Shown: piece after piece, positions 9,254 through 18,842 of the stretch
Layout of the letters: every line of letters begins with the position of its first letter
How positions within the stretch are numbered: the first letter of the stretch is position 1
Assembly: GCA_045533905.1 (NCBI GenBank)
Contig: JAZSIR010000016.1
Location: forward strand, 32,001-96,000
Length of the DNA stretch: 64,000 nucleotides
Origin: Clostridia bacterium
GTDB lineage: Bacteria; Bacillota; Clostridia; UMGS1883; UMGS1540
Direction: 5' to 3'
Notes under the pieces: model-generated
Database searches by the model: none
What the model was told of the DNA's origin: nothing
What the model saw: the letters and a program-made list of their open reading frames with translations, nothing else
Position numbers and translations under genes: made by a program

Positions 9254-10540
9254 ATGAAAAAAGTTATTTGCGCAGCTTTGGCAGCATTGATGGTTCTCAC
9301 ACTGCTTCCGGGTTGTCAGAATGACAAGGGTGGCGAAGGCGTTACAGAACTTCTCATCGGTATCCCCGGTGCTGACGGCGTAACCGTAAAGCTTGCTGAG
9401 AACTTCAAGAACGCAAACGCTGACAAGTATAAGGTAACCACAGACGAAACAGCCTGGGGCGACTTTGTACAGAAGATCAAGTTACAGTTCGTTGCAAAGA
9501 ACGACGTAACACCGGTATTCTTTACCGACTCTATGCAGGCTATGACATTCGGTGCACAGGGCGCTGTAGCTGACCTTACCGAATGGGCAGACAAAGAGCT
9601 CGACAAGGAACTTTACACAAGCGCTCTTACTGCTATCACTGACACAGAAGGTCGCCTCTGGGGTGTACCGCACGGTGTAAACTCTGTTGCTGTTCTTTAC
9701 AACAAAGACGTTTTTGATGCCCGTGGCGTTGCATACCCGACAGAGGACTGGACATGGCAGGATATGCTGGATATGGCAAAGGAACTTACCTACGACAGCG
9801 ATGGCGACGGTGAAGTAGATGTTTACGGTATTCAGTACTCCTACAACATCACACTTGGCTGGCTGCCCTTCATGGCTGCAGTTGGTGTAAATCCGTACAA
9901 GGATGACTACAGAAACTCCAACCTCGATGACCCGAAGGTTAAAGAAGCTATGGAAAAATATGCACAGCCGATCAATGATGGTCTCCGCATGCCTGCAGCT
10001 GACCTTGCTGCATACGGCGGCAACCAGGCATTTGCTGATGGCAAGATCGCTATGAACCTTGTACAGTACAGTGTTGTTAACGGCATTAACATGAACTATC
10101 CGGGCCTCAACTATGACGCAGTTATTATGCCGATTGGTTGGAACGGCGAACGCTCTTGCATCTACGTACCGAACACCTGGCAGGTGTATGCAGGCCTCGA
10201 CGAGAATGTAAAGGCTGCAGCACTTGACTGGCTCAAGTACTTCCTCAGCGAAGAAGCTCAGATGCTTATCGCTGCAGAAGGAACAGGTCTCCCGTCCATG
10301 AAAACAGCTCTTGATGCAGTTCCGGCAGCACAGCCTGTTCCGGCAAATCTCGATGCTTTCTGGAAGGGCATTGACGAGCACGGTATGACACTTCTCGAAA
10401 ACCCGGCTTCTGCAACAACACGTACATTTATTGATGCTATGTGCAATGATATCCAGAATGGTGGCAACATTGACGAAGCAATCGCAGTTGCACATGACAG
10501 TATGCAGAAGGAGCTCGACTACTTCTACGAAAATCGCTAA
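9254..10540 (+). CDS. Carbohydrate ABC transporter substrate-binding lipoprotein (family 1)
   Basis: Lipobox LPGC, LYNKDVFD...YPTEDWTW, DSDGDG calcium-loop-like motif, F.DGKIAM; AGGAGG RBS. Confidence 0.88.
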   Translation: MKKVICAALAALMVLTLLPGCQNDKGGEGVTELLIGIPGADGVTVKLAENFKNANADKYKVTTDETAWGDFVQKIKLQFVAKNDVTPVFFTDSMQAMTFGAQGAVADLTEWADKELDKELYTSALTAITDTEGRLWGVPHGVNSVAVLYNKDVFDARGVAYPTEDWTWQDMLDMAKELTYDSDGDGEVDVYGIQYSYNITLGWLPFMAAVGVNPYKDDYRNSNLDDPKVKEAMEKYAQPINDGLRMPAADLAAYGGNQAFADGKIAMNLVQYSVVNGINMNYPGLNYDAVIMPIGWNGERSCIYVPNTWQVYAGLDENVKAAALDWLKYFLSEEAQMLIAAEGTGLPSMKTALDAVPAAQPVPANLDAFWKGIDEHGMTLLENPASATTRTFIDAMCNDIQNGGNIDEAIAVAHDSMQKELDYFYENR

Positions 10541-10559
10541 ATCGTATCGGTTTTGAAAC

Positions 10560-10598
10560 AAAAATGGCGTAGCCTTTTGGCTGCGCCATTTTATATTT
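10560..10598 (+). terminator. Intrinsic terminator after the SBP gene
   Basis: AAAATGGCGTAGCC-TTTT-GGCTGCGCCATTTT. Confidence 0.8.
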
Positions 10599-10620
10599 TA
10601 CAAAAGAATAAACGGACACG

Positions 10621-10648
10621 CACGAAATAAAACCCTCCGTCATACAAT
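10621..10648 (+). promoter_or_regulatory. Candidate sigma-E/sigma-K promoter of sigK
   Basis: -10 CATACAAT (10641-10648) is the mother-cell consensus; CAC lies 17 bp upstream, as in sigma-K -35 elements. Confidence 0.6.
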
Positions 10649-10680
10649 GCAAATATACTTGTTTGACGGAGGGTAAAGTT

Positions 10681-11373
10681 TTGTGGGTATATCTTTTGGG
10701 AATCCTGTTTCAGAATCTTTGTATGGTTTCATATGTCAGCCAGCCCGGCGCTTTTCCGAAGCCGCTTTCTCCGGAGGAAGAGGATGCATATGTAAAGGCG
10801 TGGGAAGCGGGCGACGAGGAGGCGCGGAATGTTCTCATAGAGCACAATATGCGCCTTGTTGCACATGTCGTTAAAAAGTACCAGGGAAGCGGTGTGGAAA
10901 ACGACGACCTGATTTCCATCGGCACCATAGGGCTTATCAAAGCCGTAAATACATATAATAGCGGTAAGAAAATCCGCATCGCCACATATGCCGCACGCTG
11001 CATTGAAAACGAGGTTTTGATGGTCCTGCGGGCGAACCGCAAGCTTCAGGGCGAGGTTTCTTTGCAGGAACCTATCGGGTTTGACAAAGAAGGAAACGAA
11101 GTACGGCTTTTGGATGTTCTGGACAGTAGCGATGAGGATATCACCGAAAGGCTTGACCTGAAATACCGCGTAAAATGTCTGTATGCGGCTATGCGCGCCG
11201 CACTTCGCCCGCGGGAAAAGCGCGTTCTTATGATGCGCTACGGCCTCGGCGGCGGGGAAGAAGAAACGCAGCGGGAGATTGCCAAAGCCCTCGGCATTTC
11301 CCGATCCTATGTCAGCCGCATCGAAAAGAAGGCAATGCACAAGCTTTCAGAAGCACTCGTAAAGGGGATGTAA
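10681..11373 (+). CDS. sigK: RNA polymerase sporulation sigma factor, pro-sigma-K (uninterrupted, no skin element)
   Basis: Hydrophobic pro-sequence ending VS/YV then AFPKPLS, as in B. subtilis pro-sigK; HNMRLVAHVVKKY, DDLISIGTIGLIKA, TQREIAKALGISRSYVSRIEKKA; GGAGG RBS 8 nt before TTG. Confidence 0.93.
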   Translation: MWVYLLGILFQNLCMVSYVSQPGAFPKPLSPEEEDAYVKAWEAGDEEARNVLIEHNMRLVAHVVKKYQGSGVENDDLISIGTIGLIKAVNTYNSGKKIRIATYAARCIENEVLMVLRANRKLQGEVSLQEPIGFDKEGNEVRLLDVLDSSDEDITERLDLKYRVKCLYAAMRAALRPREKRVLMMRYGLGGGEEETQREIAKALGISRSYVSRIEKKAMHKLSEALVKGM

Positions 11374-11393
11374 AAAGGCAATAAACTGCCACT

Positions 11394-11431
11394 AAAAAGG
11401 GTTGTGAAACTTAGTTTTCACAACCCTTTTT
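11394..11431. terminator. Bidirectional terminator between sigK and the ABC exporter
   Basis: AAAAAGGGTTGTGAAAC-TTA-GTTTTCACAACCCTTTTT between convergent genes. Confidence 0.85.
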
Positions 11432-11443
11432 AAATGTACAATT

Positions 11444-13225
11444 TTATTTTGCTTGTAGATTTGCCAGCTCGTAAAAATATCCCTTTTGCGCCATCAGGGA
11501 ATCATAATCCCCGATTTCTACGCATCGGCCGTGCTTCATCACCACGATGCGGTCAGCATTTCGAATGGTGGAGAGTCGGTGCGCCACCACGAAAGTGGTG
11601 CGGCCGTGAATGAGTTTATCCATAGCATCTTGCACCTTTTGCTCGGAAACATTATCAAGAGCACTCGTGGCTTCGTCCAGGAGAATAATCTGCGGGTCGC
11701 GGACCATGGCGCGGGCGATGGCAATGCGCTGGCGCTGCCCACCCGAAAGCCGTCCGCCGTGCTCGCCGATTTGCGTGTGAATGCCGTTTGGAAGTTCGTT
11801 TATAAGGTCGCGCAAATTCGCAAGGTCAATTACGCGTTCAATTTCCCTGTCCGGGATATGGTTAAGACCATAGGCGATGTTATCTCGAATGCTGCCGGAG
11901 AACAGAATATTTGTTTGCGATACCACGGCAATGTGGTGCCGGTAAGCGGTGAGGTTGATATCTCTGATATCATGTCCGTCTACAGTAAGCGTACCTTCCG
12001 TGGGGAAGTGGAAGCCGATTAAAAGGTTTAACGCCGTTGTTTTGCCGGAGCCGGATTCACCTACAAAAGCAATACATTCGCCCTTTTTTACATGCAATGA
12101 GAAATCTTCAAGGACGTGTGCCGCAGGGTCATCCGGATATGTAAAGCCGACATGATCAAAATCAAATGTACCTTCCACCGTGGGAAGTCGCTTTTTGCCA
12201 CGGTTATTTTCAATATCGTCAGAGGCTAAAATTTCCGAAACGGAGCCGAGCGATTCAAAACCGATGGAAAGCTGCGGGAGAAGAGATATAATAAGGTTTA
12301 CATTTCCGAGAAGTTGGGAAAAATAGGTTTGGAATAGTGCAATTTCGCCTACAGAGATTTTTCCTTTGTAGGCGAGGATGCCGGTAAAGCCAAGACAGAG
12401 CATCTGGAAAATATTCATAACGGCCCAGGCAGAGGCGCCGAAGAGGTTCTGCATCGTATCGGTGCGGACGGCTTTGTTTCGCACAGCTTCCAGTGTACGC
12501 GACATCCTGCGTGTTTCTACGCCTTCCAGCCCGTGCGCCTTTGTAACCGGAATCATTTCCACCATTTCCGCTACATCTGCGGACATATGCTCGATTTCTT
12601 TCCGGAATTCCGAAACGCGAAGGCGAATCGGAGTACGGAAGCAGCGGTTTAAAACAGCCGCAACCGGAATGGTGAAAAGAAAGAAGAGCGCAACTAGGGG
12701 GCTATGCATAATCGTGATTGATGCAGAAATGATGAGGCCCACAATTGCCTGCATAATGTGTACCATAACATTATTTGAAAGTGCTACAATATGGTCAACA
12801 TCACGCAGAATTTTGGATTGGATACGTCCCGAGGAAAAGTTCTTGTGGAACGAAATGGTAAGGTGCTGGAGTTTTCTCACAAGTGCATGGCGAAGCTGCA
12901 TTTCAATATCGCGCGCCACGCGGATAGAAAAGTAAACCTGAGCCTGATGCGACGGGATGTTTTGGGCAATAATCAAAGTGCCGAAAAAAACATACATGAT
13001 GATTTTCTGACCGGCATTATCGGTGGGACTTATTGCGGTGTTAATAATGGCCGTGGTTACAAGCGGCGTAACCCATGCCGGTAGATTTTTGAGAATAAAA
13101 AAGACAATAGAGAGCAGAAACCTGCCCACATTGCCACGAAATAGCTGTAGTAAAGTTTTTACCGGTTGTTTTCTTGCATCATAATGGAGAAAAATTTCCT
13201 CGAAATCCAGTTTTTGCTTTTGCAT
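11444..13225 (-). CDS. ABC exporter, fused permease/ATPase (MsbA-like half transporter)
   Basis: N-terminal TM domain, Walker A GESGSGKT, LSGGQRQR, LLDEATSALD, VAHRLST. Confidence 0.92.
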   Translation of the reverse strand: MQKQKLDFEEIFLHYDARKQPVKTLLQLFRGNVGRFLLSIVFFILKNLPAWVTPLVTTAIINTAISPTDNAGQKIIMYVFFGTLIIAQNIPSHQAQVYFSIRVARDIEMQLRHALVRKLQHLTISFHKNFSSGRIQSKILRDVDHIVALSNNVMVHIMQAIVGLIISASITIMHSPLVALFFLFTIPVAAVLNRCFRTPIRLRVSEFRKEIEHMSADVAEMVEMIPVTKAHGLEGVETRRMSRTLEAVRNKAVRTDTMQNLFGASAWAVMNIFQMLCLGFTGILAYKGKISVGEIALFQTYFSQLLGNVNLIISLLPQLSIGFESLGSVSEILASDDIENNRGKKRLPTVEGTFDFDHVGFTYPDDPAAHVLEDFSLHVKKGECIAFVGESGSGKTTALNLLIGFHFPTEGTLTVDGHDIRDINLTAYRHHIAVVSQTNILFSGSIRDNIAYGLNHIPDREIERVIDLANLRDLINELPNGIHTQIGEHGGRLSGGQRQRIAIARAMVRDPQIILLDEATSALDNVSEQKVQDAMDKLIHGRTTFVVAHRLSTIRNADRIVVMKHGRCVEIGDYDSLMAQKGYFYELANLQAK

Positions 13226-13352
13226 AACCGTCCACTCCTTTTCGGGGCGTTTTGCCCGCAGATTGCTTTCGCTTTCCTGAAAATCCCTTGAGTGTTACGG
13301 TCATTGTAGCATCCAAAAAAATAAAAGTCAAGCCTTTTTGTAAAAAAGAATA

Positions 13353-13673
13353 TTACGTTTCTGTTACGGGGTTCCAAAGGTATTTGGCAAGGTCAACTTG
13401 CCCGTCTGAGACGCGGATGCCGTCAGCCTCAAGAAGGGAAATCTGCACATTTTCGCCACCGAAAACAAATGCCTTCGAAACATACCCGTTGCGGTTTACC
13501 ACGCGGTAGCAGGGGATGGAGTCGGGGTCGGGATTTACGTGGAGCGCATAGCCTACCACGCGTGCCCATCTGGGATTGCCCGCGAGTGCCGCAATCTGCC
13601 CGTACGTGGCCACTTTACCGCGGGGGATTTTTCTTACAACCGCGTAAATGCGCGAAAAAACGGAATCACTCAT
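13353..13673 (-). CDS. MGMT-family (O6-alkylguanine alkyltransferase / Atl-like) protein
   Basis: IPRGKVATYGQIA, PCYRVVN; start at MSDSV overlaps the mutY end. Confidence 0.85.
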   Translation of the reverse strand: MSDSVFSRIYAVVRKIPRGKVATYGQIAALAGNPRWARVVGYALHVNPDPDSIPCYRVVNRNGYVSKAFVFGGENVQISLLEADGIRVSDGQVDLAKYLWNPVTET

Positions 13674-14733
13674 TATTATCCTCCAGAAAGATGCGAAATG
13701 CCGTGGGAAGTGCAATGTCGCTTTCAAGTTTTTCTTTATCAGCCCAGACAAAGGAGTCGGGCGTATTTTTGACAGGGATGCAGTAGCAGACCATATGCCA
13801 CTCGGCGTGTGTGAATATGTGCACGCGCTCGAGAGAACGCGTAGGCGCCATAGGCGAAACACAAAATTCTTCCGCGCGGCGCACAGCCTCGTCGGCCGTA
13901 CATTTTCCTTCGATATTCGGAAGCTCCCACAATCCCTTCAGAAGGCCTTGTGCCTTGCGCTTTCGCACGGCGATTTTACCGTCCTTTATAAAAAGAAATA
14001 CTGTCTTCTCATAGATTGCCCGTGCGCGGCGCGGCGAGCGCTTCGGTAAGGCTGCGGCTGTGCCTTCTTTTTTTGCAAGACAAATGCCGGCAAGCGGGCA
14101 AAGCTCGCAGCGGGGTGCCTTTGGAATACAGACAAGGGCACCAAGCTCCATAAGGCTCTGGGTGAAATCACCGCATTGTCCCTCGGGATACACACGGGCA
14201 AGATTTGCGGAGACCTCTTTTTTGGCAGAAGGCAAATCAATGGGCGTCTCATCGTTTGTAAGGCGCGCCATCACGCGGAGTACATTTCCGTCCACCGCAG
14301 GGGTGGCCGCTTCAAAACAGATAGAGGAGACGGCACCGGCCGTATAGTCACCAACACCGGGGAGGGCGAGAATATCTGCATAGACTGCAGGGAATTTGCC
14401 GCCGTGTTTTTCCATCACGATCCTTGCCGCGTTCCTAAGATTGCGCGCACGTGTATAGTAGCCAAGTCCTTCCCAGAGCTTTAAGACGGCATCCTCCTTC
14501 GCATCGGCAAGCGCGGAGATGGTGGGAAAAGCATCTATGAATCGCAGAAAGTATCCGCGCACGGCTTCCACGCGTGTCTGCTGCAGCATAATTTCAGAAA
14601 GCCACACGTGGTACGGATTTTTGTCCTGCCGCCAGGGGAGATCCCGCGCGTTTTCCGAAAACCAGGGAAGAAGCAGCGAGGGTAGTGTATTGTAGATAGA
14701 GGAAATTTTCCGGTCTTTCATAAGGGACTCCAT
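13666..14733 (-). CDS. mutY: A/G-specific adenine glycosylase
   Basis: RDLPWR, VWLSEIMLQQT, WEGLGYY, HhH LPGVGDYTA, VDGNV, Fe-S cysteine cluster, C-terminal Nudix-like domain. Confidence 0.96.
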   Translation of the reverse strand: MESLMKDRKISSIYNTLPSLLLPWFSENARDLPWRQDKNPYHVWLSEIMLQQTRVEAVRGYFLRFIDAFPTISALADAKEDAVLKLWEGLGYYTRARNLRNAARIVMEKHGGKFPAVYADILALPGVGDYTAGAVSSICFEAATPAVDGNVLRVMARLTNDETPIDLPSAKKEVSANLARVYPEGQCGDFTQSLMELGALVCIPKAPRCELCPLAGICLAKKEGTAAALPKRSPRRARAIYEKTVFLFIKDGKIAVRKRKAQGLLKGLWELPNIEGKCTADEAVRRAEEFCVSPMAPTRSLERVHIFTHAEWHMVCYCIPVKNTPDSFVWADKEKLESDIALPTAFRIFLEDNNE

Positions 14734-14769
14734 ATATTAAGGAAATAACACCGCGGAGGGTGCAGTTTC

Positions 14770-14798
14770 AGTATAGCATTTTCCACTTTCAAAGTCAA
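14770..14798 (-). promoter_or_regulatory. Sigma-A promoter of mutY
   Basis: Minus strand TTGACT-17 bp-TATACT with extended -10 TG. Confidence 0.7.
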
Positions 14799-14865
14799 GT
14801 ATTCACCAAAATGAGGGGCGTGTCGAAAAAAATACTAAAAAATGAAAAAAATATTCTTTTTTCGC

Positions 14866-14894
14866 TTGACATCTTGCAAGAGATATGATAGAAT
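14866..14894 (+). promoter_or_regulatory. Sigma-A promoter of rpoB-rpoC
   Basis: TTGACA-17 bp-TAGAAT with extended -10 TG and A/T-rich upstream tract. Confidence 0.75.
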
Positions 14895-15016
14895 ACTAAT
14901 CTGCATCATAAGAATGGATAAATATGCATATTTGATGCTGCTTTTGAAGGAAAACGCGGGGCCGCGCGCGGCACGCGTATACGCATATTTTGTAATTTTA
15001 AAATGAGGTGAGATTT

Positions 15017-18000
15017 ATGGTACATCCCGTGCAACTCGGCAAGAACACGCGTATGAGCTACTCCAAGATCGGTGAAGTATTGGAGATGCCAAATCTAATC
15101 GAGGTGCAAAAGAATTCTTACAAATGGTTTATTGAGGAAGGCATCCGTGAGGTTTTCCATGATGTGTCGCCTATTACGGACTATACCGGTAACCTCATTT
15201 TGGAATTTGTAGATTATTCTTTGGACGATAAGCCGAAGTACAGCATTGCGGAATGCAAGGAGCGTGACGCGAACTACGCCACCTCTCTTCGTGTAAAGGT
15301 ACGTCTCCGCAACCTCGAAACCGGCGAAATCAAAGAACAGGAAATCTTCATGGGTGATTTTCCGCTGATGACCGAGCAGGGTACGTTTATCATAAACGGT
15401 GCAGAGCGCGTTATCGTCAGCCAGCTCGTTCGCTCGCCCGGTATCTATTTTGAAGAAACTTTTGATAAGGTAGGGAAGAAGCTTCTCGCTGCCACCCTCA
15501 TCCCGAACCGCGGTGCATGGCTCGAATATGAAACAGATTCGAACGATGTACTTTGGGTACGTGTGGACAGAACACGTAAGCTTCCTATGACTGTCCTTCT
15601 CCGTTCTCTCGGACTTGTAACCGATATGGATATTACAGGTCTTTTCGGCGAGGACGAAAGAATTCTGACAACAATTGAAAAAGATGCAGCCAAAACAGAA
15701 GAGGAAGCACTTTTTGAAGTATACCGCCGTCTGCGTCCCGGTGAACCGCCTACGGTGGAAAATGCCCGCTCACTTCTGCAAATGCTGTTCTTTGACCCGC
15801 GCCGCTATGACCTCGCGCGCGTAGGCCGTTATAAGTTCAATAAGAAGCTTGCTATCTCTACCCGTATCGTAGGGCTGGAGGCAGCAGAAAATATCGTAGA
15901 CGCGGAAACCGGTGAAATTCTGGTAGCCGCCGGCGAAATTATAAAGCGCGAAGATGCAAAGGCAATCGAAAGCGCAGGCGTAAACCTCGTACACGTTGCT
16001 TTCACGGATAAGACAACGGGTGAGCGCAAAGTTATCAAGGTGTTCTCCAATAATATGGTAGACATTAATTCCTTCGTAGGCTTTGATGCCGCAGGTCTTA
16101 CCATCGGCGGTAAGGTGCGCCGCAGCGTTTTAGAAGAAATTCTTGCTGAAAATAACACGGAAGAAGATATCCGCGCTGCCATTGCACGCCGCATAGATGA
16201 ACTTTGCCCGAAGCATATCACGGAAGACGATATCTTCGCTTCCATTAACTACTGCTTAAACCTCTTTGATGGTCTCGGTAATGTAGATGATATCGACCAT
16301 CTCGGGAACCGTCGCCTCCGCGGCGTAGGTGAGCTTTTGCAGAACCAGTTCCGCATGGGTCTTGCCCGTATGGAGCGCGGCGTTCGCGAAAGAATGAGTA
16401 TTCAGGACCTCGATATCGTAACACCGCAGTCGCTCATTAACATTCGCCCGGTGGTCGCAACCATCAAGGAATTCTTCGGGTCCTCGCAGCTTTCACAGTT
16501 TATGGATCAGACGAACCCTTTAGGCGAACTTACACATAAGAGAAGACTTTCTGCTCTCGGTCCCGGCGGTTTAAGCCGTGAGCGCGCAGGCTTCCAGGTT
16601 CGTGACGTACATTACACACACTACGGCCGTATGTGCCCGATTGAAACGCCTGAAGGTCCGAACATCGGTCTTATCAACTCGCTCAGTACCTATGCAAGAG
16701 TAAACGAATACGGCTTCATTGAAGCACCGTATCGTAAAGTTATTAAAGAAGAAGGCCGTGTAACCGATGAAATTCATTATATGACGGCAGACGTCGAGGA
16801 TGATTTTATCGTAGCGCAGGCTAACGAAGAGCTCGATAAAAACGGCAAGTTCGCCCACAAAAAGGTAACGGCCCGTCACAGAGATGAATTTATGGAAGTA
16901 AGTCCCACAGAAGTGGATTATATGGACGTTTCGCCGAAGCAGGTTGTATCTGTTGCTACGACGATGATTCCCTTCCTTGAAAACGATGACGCGAACCGTG
17001 CACTTATGGGTTCGAACATGCAGAGACAGGCTGTTCCGCTTCTCAGCACCGATTCTCCCGTAGTTGGTACAGGTATGGAATACAAAGCCGCGAAGGACTC
17101 TGGTGTTGTTGTTCTTTCCCCGTGTGACGGTCTCGTAGAAAAGGTTTCGGCAAGCGAAATCGTAATCCGTGATGAAGATGGCGAACGCCATGCAATGCGT
17201 CTTTCTAAGTTTATGCGTTCGAACCAGGGCACATGCATTAACCAGCGCCCGATCGTAAGCCGCGGCGAGCTTGTGCATAAGGGCGATATCATTGCTGACG
17301 GTCCCGCAACTGCAAACGGCGAAATCGCACTTGGCCGAAACGTACTTATCGGCTTTATGACCTGGGAAGGTTATAACTACGAAGACGCTATCTTAATTAA
17401 TGAAAAGCTCGTTCGTGACGATGTATTTACATCGATTCACATCGAAGAATATGAATCCGAATCGAGAGATACAAAGCTCGGGCCGGAAGATATTACAAGA
17501 GAAATTCCGAACGTCGGCGAAGATGCGCTTAAGGACCTCGATGAACGCGGCATCATCCGCGTGGGTGCGGAGGTTCGTGCCGGTGACATTTTGGTTGGTA
17601 AGGTTACACCGAAGGGTGAAACCGAGCTGACACCGGAAGAACGTCTTCTCCGTGCAATCTTCGGCGAGAAGGCCAGAGAAGTACGTGACACATCGCTGCG
17701 TGTACCGCACGGCGAAGCCGGTATCATTGTAGACGTTAAGGTATTCACAAGAGAAAACGGCGACGAGATGCCCCCCGGAGTTAACCAGATTGTCCGCTGC
17801 TACATCGCACAGAAGCGTAAGATTTCTGTCGGTGACAAGATGGCAGGCCGTCACGGTAACAAGGGTGTTGTTTCCCGCGTACTTCCCGAAGAGGATATGC
17901 CGTTTTTGCCGGATGGCACGCCGCTCGATATCGTTCTGAATCCGCTCGGCGTTCCGTCTCGTATGAATATCGGTCAGGTTCTTGAGGTACATCTTGGTCT

Positions 18001-18763
18001 CGCGGCTAAGAAGATGGGCATCAAGATTGCCACACCGGTATTCGACGGTGCTTCGGCTGAGGATATTGCGGAAGCCCTCGAAAAGGTAGGCGCAAGACCG
18101 GACGGTAAGACGGTTCTTTACGACGGCCGCACAGGTGAGCCGTTCGATAACCCCGTAACTGTCGGTTATATGTATATGCTGAAACTGCATCACCTTGTTG
18201 ATGATAAGATTCACGCCCGTTCCACAGGTCCCTACTCGCTTGTTACACAGCAGCCTCTCGGTGGTAAAGCACAGTTTGGCGGTCAGCGTTTCGGTGAAAT
18301 GGAAGTTTGGGCCCTTGAGGCATACGGTGCAGCCTATACTCTCCAGGAAATCCTCACTGTCAAGTCCGATGACGTTGTCGGCCGCGTAAAGACATATGAG
18401 GCAGTTGTGAAGGGCGAGAACGTACCGAGCCCGGGGATCCCGGAATCCTTCAAGGTTCTTCTCAAGGAACTGCAGAGTCTTGGTATGGACGTCAAGGTGC
18501 TTAACAAAAACGGCGAAGAGGTCAACATCGGCGAATCGGCTGACGATGATATGGATGACATTATGCCTGAAGATCTCGGCCGCGGCGTAGAAGGCGAAGC
18601 CGGCGCATTTGAGCGCGCAGGCTACAGCGAAGTAGACGAGGATGACCTTCTGATGGATGCACTCGGCCTTAGCGACAATCAGCCGGTGATGGATGAGGAT
18701 GATGACCTCGACAGCTACCTCGACGCTGACATTGACGACTATGATGAGGACGATGAAGAGTAA
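15017..18763 (+). CDS. rpoB: RNA polymerase beta subunit
   Basis: [43 protein letters not shown]; ATG at 15017 follows GAGGTG RBS. Confidence 0.99.
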   Translation: MVHPVQLGKNTRMSYSKIGEVLEMPNLIEVQKNSYKWFIEEGIREVFHDVSPITDYTGNLILEFVDYSLDDKPKYSIAECKERDANYATSLRVKVRLRNLETGEIKEQEIFMGDFPLMTEQGTFIINGAERVIVSQLVRSPGIYFEETFDKVGKKLLAATLIPNRGAWLEYETDSNDVLWVRVDRTRKLPMTVLLRSLGLVTDMDITGLFGEDERILTTIEKDAAKTEEEALFEVYRRLRPGEPPTVENARSLLQMLFFDPRRYDLARVGRYKFNKKLAISTRIVGLEAAENIVDAETGEILVAAGEIIKREDAKAIESAGVNLVHVAFTDKTTGERKVIKVFSNNMVDINSFVGFDAAGLTIGGKVRRSVLEEILAENNTEEDIRAAIARRIDELCPKHITEDDIFASINYCLNLFDGLGNVDDIDHLGNRRLRGVGELLQNQFRMGLARMERGVRERMSIQDLDIVTPQSLINIRPVVATIKEFFGSSQLSQFMDQTNPLGELTHKRRLSALGPGGLSRERAGFQVRDVHYTHYGRMCPIETPEGPNIGLINSLSTYARVNEYGFIEAPYRKVIKEEGRVTDEIHYMTADVEDDFIVAQANEELDKNGKFAHKKVTARHRDEFMEVSPTEVDYMDVSPKQVVSVATTMIPFLENDDANRALMGSNMQRQAVPLLSTDSPVVGTGMEYKAAKDSGVVVLSPCDGLVEKVSASEIVIRDEDGERHAMRLSKFMRSNQGTCINQRPIVSRGELVHKGDIIADGPATANGEIALGRNVLIGFMTWEGYNYEDAILINEKLVRDDVFTSIHIEEYESESRDTKLGPEDITREIPNVGEDALKDLDERGIIRVGAEVRAGDILVGKVTPKGETELTPEERLLRAIFGEKAREVRDTSLRVPHGEAGIIVDVKVFTRENGDEMPPGVNQIVRCYIAQKRKISVGDKMAGRHGNKGVVSRVLPEEDMPFLPDGTPLDIVLNPLGVPSRMNIGQVLEVHLGLAAKKMGIKIATPVFDGASAEDIAEALEKVGARPDGKTVLYDGRTGEPFDNPVTVGYMYMLKLHHLVDDKIHARSTGPYSLVTQQPLGGKAQFGGQRFGEMEVWALEAYGAAYTLQEILTVKSDDVVGRVKTYEAVVKGENVPSPGIPESFKVLLKELQSLGMDVKVLNKNGEEVNIGESADDDMDDIMPEDLGRGVEGEAGAFERAGYSEVDEDDLLMDALGLSDNQPVMDEDDDLDSYLDADIDDYDEDDEE

Positions 18764-18842
18764 GGTGCTTTTTTCCTGAGAGAAAAAAGCAATTTAGGGT
18801 AGCCGTAAGGCTGCAAGAATATAGAAAGGGACGGTGCGACAA

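Noticed and set aside
10681-11373. Possible skin element interruption of sigK
   Set aside because: The reading frame is continuous and full length, with no recombinase nearby.
14913-14930. ARG-box-like sequence (TGGATAAATATGCA) in the rpoB leader
   Set aside because: Single degenerate AT-rich match with no biological rationale; likely chance.
16470-16580. Possible rifampicin-resistance changes in rpoB (and streptomycin changes in rpsL)
   Set aside because: Cluster I reads [26 protein letters not shown] and S12 keeps PKKPNS and RVKDLPG, the usual sensitive-type residues.
18766-18815. Two hairpins between rpoB and rpoC
   Set aside because: Short stems without a proper downstream U-tract; ordinary intercistronic structure with no further support.
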